From Bythopirellula sp. (GTDB lineage: Bacteria > Planctomycetota > Planctomycetia > Pirellulales > Lacipirellulaceae): DNA of 64,000 nt. Below the pieces are notes generated by a model, which saw nothing but the letters and a program-made list of their open reading frames with translations, was not told the origin of the DNA and did not search any database. Position numbers and translations under genes: made by a program. The stretch lies in NCBI GenBank assembly GCA_965216565.1, contig OZ244170.1, forward strand, positions 1 through 64,000, in the 5' to 3' direction. Positions 59,132 to 64,000 of this stretch are shown here, in pieces (position 1 is the first letter of the stretch; every line of letters starts with the position of its first letter).

Positions 59132-61045
59132 TCAAACTGGCTCGGCTGGCCGTGTTTGTAGGTCGACCATCTCTCGGTAGTCTCCCCCGGTTTGCATGAG
59201 AGCGTCGTGTGTGCCGACTTCGACGATTTTTCCGTCTCGTAAGACTACAATCCGATCGGCATGGGCGATGGTGCTAAGTCGATGGGCAATGATAAAGCAG
59301 GTTCGGCCGTTGACGAGCATCTGTAAACTGGCCTGGATCATTCGTTCGCTCTCGGTATCGAGATTACTGGTGGCTTCGTCCATAATCAGAATTTGCGGAT
59401 CGGCCAAGACCGCGCGGGCAATTGCCAGGCGCTGCCGTTGTCCGCCGCTCAGTCTTACGCCTCGTTCGCCAATTACCGTTTCGAAACCGTTCGGCAACGT
59501 CTCGATAAACTCCGTGGCATTGGCCACATCAGCCGCGGTTCGAATGTCGTCGAGGGTGGCACTGCGATCTGCATAACCAATGTTGGCTGCGACGGTGCCG
59601 TCAAAGAGAAAAACATCTTGTTCCACAATTCCGATCAAACGGCGATAACTCTCCAAATCGTACACCCGTAGTTCATTGCCATCGAGTGATATCCGGCCTT
59701 CGATTGGATCGTAGAAGCGGGCGATCAGGTTGCAGAGAGTCGTCTTGCCTGCGCCACTGGGACCCACCAATGCGATTGTTTCCCCGGGTGCGACCGTCAG
59801 CGAAAAATCCTGCAATGCCGGCCGATCCGCATTGGGATAGGAAAAGGTGACATCCTCGAATTCAAACTTGCCTACGAACCGTTCTTTGCTGGCCTTGATA
59901 GTTGGAGTGTCGGTGTCCAATTCTCTTGGTTCTTGAAGCAAATCGAGAACCCGATCGAATCCGGATAAGCTATTTTGAAACGCAGCAGCGCTCTGAGCCA
60001 GAACGGCAAGGGGGGCGAGCAGCATCAGCAAATACACGAGAAACATCATCAGTTCGCCGAGCGTTAGGTTCCCTTCCAAAACTCGCCAACCGCCGTAGAG
60101 CAATAGAGCCGCGGAGGCCAGGGGAACGAGGGTTTCCCAGACGATTTCTACGATTCGCATCCACCACCAGGCATACAACTCTTGTCGGCCCATAAGATGG
60201 TTGCCACGCATAATGCGGTTCGACTCGGCCTGTTGCCGACTGAACGCCCGAACGACTCGCGAACCCCCGAATGCTTCGGTCGCTAAGGCATCGACTTCTT
60301 CACGTTGTGCGCGGACTCTGCGGAATTGTGGTCGGATTCGGCCAATCCAAGTGCGGTGGGAGATATACACGAGCGGCACAAGGACGAGTGCCCCCAACAG
60401 CAACCGCCAATCGACCCAAGCCAAAACCACCATGCTGCCCAGGAGCTGGATCACCGCTCTCCAAGGATTGTAGAGCAAGCCGAAAACCAGATCCCCGACG
60501 CTACCTGCGTCTTGGCGCAAGATGCTCGCGGCTCCCCCCGACTTGAGTTCTTGCATCCGATGCAATGGCAATCGCAGTGCCTGGTTGATGACCCTCCGGC
60601 GAACAGACATCTGCAGGAGCTTGGTCACTCGCGTCGCGTGCCATCGGCCCCAAACACGCAGGGTGATTTGAATGACCGAAACCGTCAGCACGCCTCCGCA
60701 AATCCAAAGCAACAGGGGCCAGGGATCGCTTGGTACCCAGTCAGGCACGTATTCGGGCAGCGGTTCAGTTCCTAAGACGTTGTCGACAACAAACTTGGTT
60801 GCTGCCGGTGGCAAGAGCGATAAGACAGTCGCCACAGTCAGCGTTCCAAGCGAGAATGCGAGGCTTGCCCAATGCCCCCGCGAGAGCTGGAAGAAGCTGC
60901 GGATCAATTCGATTGCAGAACGTTCGCGCCCTCTCCGCTTTTCTGTCGTGCCATGCGGATGTGCAGGGCCATCGCTGCCTGTCCGAAATTCTTCCTTATA
61001 GTTTTCAAACCGTCTGCGAGATGGTTCGTTGATTCTGCTCGCCAA
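59132..61045 (-). CDS. ABC exporter, fused permease/ATP-binding protein
   Basis: N-terminal TM domain, GPSGAGKT, LSGGQRQR, MDEATS, IAHRLST. Confidence 0.94.
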   Translation of the reverse strand: MASRINEPSRRRFENYKEEFRTGSDGPAHPHGTTEKRRGRERSAIELIRSFFQLSRGHWASLAFSLGTLTVATVLSLLPPAATKFVVDNVLGTEPLPEYVPDWVPSDPWPLLLWICGGVLTVSVIQITLRVWGRWHATRVTKLLQMSVRRRVINQALRLPLHRMQELKSGGAASILRQDAGSVGDLVFGLLYNPWRAVIQLLGSMVVLAWVDWRLLLGALVLVPLVYISHRTWIGRIRPQFRRVRAQREEVDALATEAFGGSRVVRAFSRQQAESNRIMRGNHLMGRQELYAWWWMRIVEIVWETLVPLASAALLLYGGWRVLEGNLTLGELMMFLVYLLMLLAPLAVLAQSAAAFQNSLSGFDRVLDLLQEPRELDTDTPTIKASKERFVGKFEFEDVTFSYPNADRPALQDFSLTVAPGETIALVGPSGAGKTTLCNLIARFYDPIEGRISLDGNELRVYDLESYRRLIGIVEQDVFLFDGTVAANIGYADRSATLDDIRTAADVANATEFIETLPNGFETVIGERGVRLSGGQRQRLAIARAVLADPQILIMDEATSNLDTESERMIQASLQMLVNGRTCFIIAHRLSTIAHADRIVVLRDGKIVEVGTHDALMQTGGDYREMVDLQTRPAEPV

Positions 61046-61334
61046 AGTGCCTCTCCCATGTTCTGTGCTGCTCGTAGCTGAATAGTCATTCTAGGCATCT
61101 CGATTTGGAAAGGCATTCCCGGAAACTTCTGACGTTCCATACTCCCAGTCCTGGAACTTCCGATATTCCGATGCAATTTCACCCAGATTCCGCACCGGTA
61201 CCGCCTTCGTGGAAGCGAATCCGGCCTGACGTCTTTCATAAGTTCTAGATCCCATTTGTCCTTGTTTTACAGATAATTGAGAGCAAGCAAACGTTTCGGA
61301 TTAGGGTGACAATCAGATTTTCTTGTAGAATTAT

Positions 61335-61362
61335 TTGACATAAACAGACAGGTCTGTATATT
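61335..61362 (+). promoter_or_regulatory. Sigma-70 promoter with overlapping palindromic operator
   Basis: TTGACA (61335-61340), TATATT (61357-61362), palindrome ACAGAC-AG-GTCTGT (61344-61357); ATG 6 nt after the -10 element. Confidence 0.75.
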
Positions 61363-61368
61363 TCGGGT

Positions 61369-61944
61369 ATGAGCAAGTCAAAATTGAAAACCTCTGCCGC
61401 TAGAGACCGAATCATCGAAACTGCCGAGCGCCTGTTCTACGACGAGGGCATTCGGGCGGTTGGCATTGATCGCATCGTTGACGAGGCCAATGTCGCAAAA
61501 ATGACTCTCTACAATCACTTCAAATCTAAGGATGATTTAGTACTGGCTGTTCTTGAGTACCGAGAGGAACAAGTTACTGAGATGTTTGAGAAACGTCTGG
61601 GCAAAAAGATTGGTAAGGGATGCGATCCGCTAGAGGCGTTTTTCGAGGTACTCAAGGAGTGGTTCGAGAATCCCGGCTTTCGCGGCTGCTCTTTCATCAA
61701 TGCATCGGTGGAGTTGGCCGACCCGACTCACCAGGCTTCACAATTTGCAGCAGCTCATAAGCAACGGTTTCAAAAGATGATTGCTCAGGTACTTAAACAG
61801 GGTGGCTATGCCAAGGCCACGAGTCTCGCTCCGGTGATCAGCATGCTTGTTGAGGGAGCGATCGTAACGGCAGTGATGCAGCAGTCATCCAAGTCAGCGA
61901 GCGTTGCGCGTAGAGCAGCTTTGTCCCTTGCCAACCAAACCTAA
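61369..61944 (+). CDS. TetR/AcrR family transcriptional regulator
   Basis: GIRAVGIDRIVDEANVAKMTLYNHFKSKDDL HTH; RGCSFIN. Confidence 0.94.
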   Translation: MSKSKLKTSAARDRIIETAERLFYDEGIRAVGIDRIVDEANVAKMTLYNHFKSKDDLVLAVLEYREEQVTEMFEKRLGKKIGKGCDPLEAFFEVLKEWFENPGFRGCSFINASVELADPTHQASQFAAAHKQRFQKMIAQVLKQGGYAKATSLAPVISMLVEGAIVTAVMQQSSKSASVARRAALSLANQT

Positions 61945-61986
61945 TGGAGGGCCTCAGCGATAAGTTTTTTTTGCGAGTAGAGATAG

Positions 61987-62000
61987 ACAGACCAGTCTGT
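61987..62000. promoter_or_regulatory. Second copy of putative TetR operator
   Basis: ACAGAC-CA-GTCTGT upstream of the hydrolase gene. Confidence 0.7.
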
Positions 62001-62067
62001 TTATGAAGCGCCCGCGCATGGGGCTACTAAAAGACACGACAAACACAATCACAATTGGAGTACTAAA

Positions 62068-63033
62068 ATGAACGCACTTGCAATCGGTATCAAAACAACG
62101 GTCCTCGTATTTCTTTTGAACTTAATGACGGCAAATTCCGTGGGTTTGGCAGACGAGCATCAGCATATCGCCTATAAGTCGGTCACGGTTGAAGATATCG
62201 AGTTGTTTTATCGCGAGGCTGGTCCTCGAGATGCTCCGACGGTGTTATTGTTGCACGGATTTCCAACCTCATCGCACATGTTCCGCGACCTCATTCCGAT
62301 ACTCGCCCGTAAGTATCATGTTGTCGCGCCAGATTATCCAGGTTTCGGGTACAGCTCAGCTCCCAGCGTCGAAGAATTTGACTACACCTTCGACCATCTC
62401 GGGAGCATCATCGAGAGTTTTACTGAGAAAATTGGTTTGAAAAAGTATTCACTTTATCTCATGGATTATGGGGCACCGATCGGTTTTCGACTGGCTGCCA
62501 AGCATCCAGATCGTGTGGAAACGCTAATTATTCAGAACGGCAATGCCTATGACGAAGGCATAGATAACGACTTCTGGAAACCCATCAAAGAGTATTGGAA
62601 AAATCGGTCTGAAGAAAATGGTAACCAGCTAAGAAACCTGTTGACGGTTGACGCAACGAAATGGCAATACACCCATGGTGTGCGCGACGTAGGTGTGATT
62701 AGTCCCGACACTTGGAATCACGTTCAACCCCTACTTGACCGCGGCGGCAACCAGGAGATCCAGTTGGCACTTTTTTATAGTTACGGCAGCAATCCACCGC
62801 TCTATCCTGAATGGCAAGAGTACTTTCGTCGCTTCCAGCCGCCAACGCTTATCGTGTGGGGCAAGAACGACGCCATCTTTCCGGTCGCGGGAGCTCATCC
62901 CTATAGGCGAGATCTGACTGATGTAGAATTGCATCTCTTCGATACAGGACACTTTGCACTAGAAGAGGATGGAGCGGAAATCGCCGCTCGAATGACAGAC
63001 TTCCTCGATAGAAAAACTGCGATCGCCGACTAG
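62068..63033 (+). CDS. Alpha/beta hydrolase (epoxide hydrolase/haloalkane dehalogenase-like)
   Basis: LLHGFP, PDYPGFG, MDYGAP (Asp nucleophile), WGKND, GHFALE. Confidence 0.9.
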   Translation: MNALAIGIKTTVLVFLLNLMTANSVGLADEHQHIAYKSVTVEDIELFYREAGPRDAPTVLLLHGFPTSSHMFRDLIPILARKYHVVAPDYPGFGYSSAPSVEEFDYTFDHLGSIIESFTEKIGLKKYSLYLMDYGAPIGFRLAAKHPDRVETLIIQNGNAYDEGIDNDFWKPIKEYWKNRSEENGNQLRNLLTVDATKWQYTHGVRDVGVISPDTWNHVQPLLDRGGNQEIQLALFYSYGSNPPLYPEWQEYFRRFQPPTLIVWGKNDAIFPVAGAHPYRRDLTDVELHLFDTGHFALEEDGAEIAARMTDFLDRKTAIAD

Positions 63034-63042
63034 TGCCTTCCT

Positions 63043-63078
63043 AGCAGCGTACCCTGTAGGCTAGGGTACGCTGCTTTT
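63043..63078 (+). terminator. Hairpin with short T run between hydrolase and DUF1348 genes
   Basis: 13-bp stem AGCAGCGTACCCT/AGGGTACGCTGCT then TTT. Confidence 0.55.
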
Positions 63079-63127
63079 AGTCCGCTGAACCAGGACTTTT
63101 CTTCTTGAACTTTGAAGGGATAAAACA

Positions 63128-63598
63128 ATGCCCAGCCCTAGAGATCTCAAACCTCCATTCACGCTCGAAACCGCCACCGCTAAAGTACGGGCAGCAGAAG
63201 ATGCGTGGAATTCGCGCGATCCACTGCTGGTTGCGCGTGCTTACTCCGAGACGTCTGAATGGCGTAACCGAAGTCAGTTTCTCAAAGGACGCGAACAGAT
63301 TCGCGAATTCTTGAAAGATAAGTGGTCCAAGGAACTCGACTATCGGCTTACCAAATCTCTGTGGACCTTTTCCGAGAACCGGATCGCAGTGCGATTTCAG
63401 TATGAATATCATGATGAAGGTGGCAATTGGTTTAGAGCCTACGGGAATGAATTATGGCAATTCGATGACCAAGGTCTGATGGAGCGACGCGAAGCGAGTA
63501 TCAACGATGTCCCGATTAACGAGAAGGAGCGGAAATTCAAATGGCCGGCTCCTGGTCCGCGACCATCGGAGGATCAGGGCATACCATCGCTTCAGTAG
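63128..63598 (+). CDS. DUF1348 / NTF2-like (SnoaL fold) protein
   Basis: [55 protein letters not shown]. Confidence 0.9.
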   Translation: MPSPRDLKPPFTLETATAKVRAAEDAWNSRDPLLVARAYSETSEWRNRSQFLKGREQIREFLKDKWSKELDYRLTKSLWTFSENRIAVRFQYEYHDEGGNWFRAYGNELWQFDDQGLMERREASINDVPINEKERKFKWPAPGPRPSEDQGIPSLQ

Positions 63599-63632
63599 AT
63601 TCAGGTCCGTGGCGCCTAATAGGAATTGATAA

Positions 63633-64000
63633 ATGACTACCCACTCCAGTGACATTGCATTTACTGACTCGGTCAAGAAGATCCAGACCGCGAAGGGCTC
63701 ACGCGAAAGTTACGCCAAGGTGGAAGAGGGCAGGGGGTGGGCAACGGAAGTCACCTCTGAACTTGCCGCCTTCCTCGCTGAATTGGACATGTTTTATCTC
63801 GGGACGGCCAATGCAGCAGGTCAGCCCTATATCCAATATCGTGGCGGTGCTCCCGGTTTTCTGAGAATTATCGACAAGCAGACATTGGGGTTTGCAGATT
63901 TCGGAGGCAACCGTCAGTACATTACGCTCGGCAACCTGGCTGAGAATTCGAAGGCGTTCATCTTCTTGATGGACTATGCGAATCAACGGCGCATCAAGCT
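63633..64000 (+). CDS. Pyridoxamine 5'-phosphate oxidase family FMN-binding protein (partial, runs off window)
   Basis: MTTHSSDIAFTDSVKKIQTAKGSR...FYLGTANAAGQPYIQYRGGAPGF...FADFGGNRQYITLGNL; not in ORF track. Confidence 0.88.
   Translation, partial: MTTHSSDIAFTDSVKKIQTAKGSRESYAKVEEGRGWATEVTSELAAFLAELDMFYLGTANAAGQPYIQYRGGAPGFLRIIDKQTLGFADFGGNRQYITLGNLAENSKAFIFLMDYANQRRIK

Noticed and set aside
59132..64000. Integrative island downstream of tRNA-Pro
   Set aside because: No integrase, and the tRNA 3' duplication closes at 59113, so downstream genes are outside the element.
1..64000. CRISPR array, rRNA, prophage, intein in dnaB
   Set aside because: No regularly spaced direct repeats, rRNA-like sequence or phage genes seen; DnaB has normal length.

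Overview
A GC-rich bacterial chromosome segment with hallmarks of a planctomycete, probably Lacipirellulaceae-like (inferred from PEP-CTERM proteins with a GDFDxDGDVDGxDFLLWQ motif, a Gly-rich VWA giant protein and a Cys-rich repeat protein). Left to right: a glycosylation/sulfation cluster (0.4-9.4 kb); central metabolism (acs, pfkA, prs, short glmU-like gene, argB-argD-argF, rph); envelope and secreted proteins; rpsA and an alternative sigma-70; rplY-pth-rpsF-ssb-rplI-dnaB-bamA on the minus strand; trpF, ahcY, DUF1015; three parS sites followed by parA-parB; tRNA-Pro(TGG); an ABC exporter; and a TetR-controlled hydrolase operon. Intergenic DNA is crowded with at least six families of REP/MITE-like inverted repeats, some nested. 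The most unusual feature is at 58599-59113. An intact tRNA-Pro and a small GIY-YIG nuclease gene (interrupted by one TAG and mostly missed by the ORF track) lie between two tRNA-Pro-derived copies. In both copies the anticodon arm is replaced by the same 14-bp palindrome, and they share an identical 32-bp direct repeat. All assignments come from motif recognition by eye; no database searches were run.
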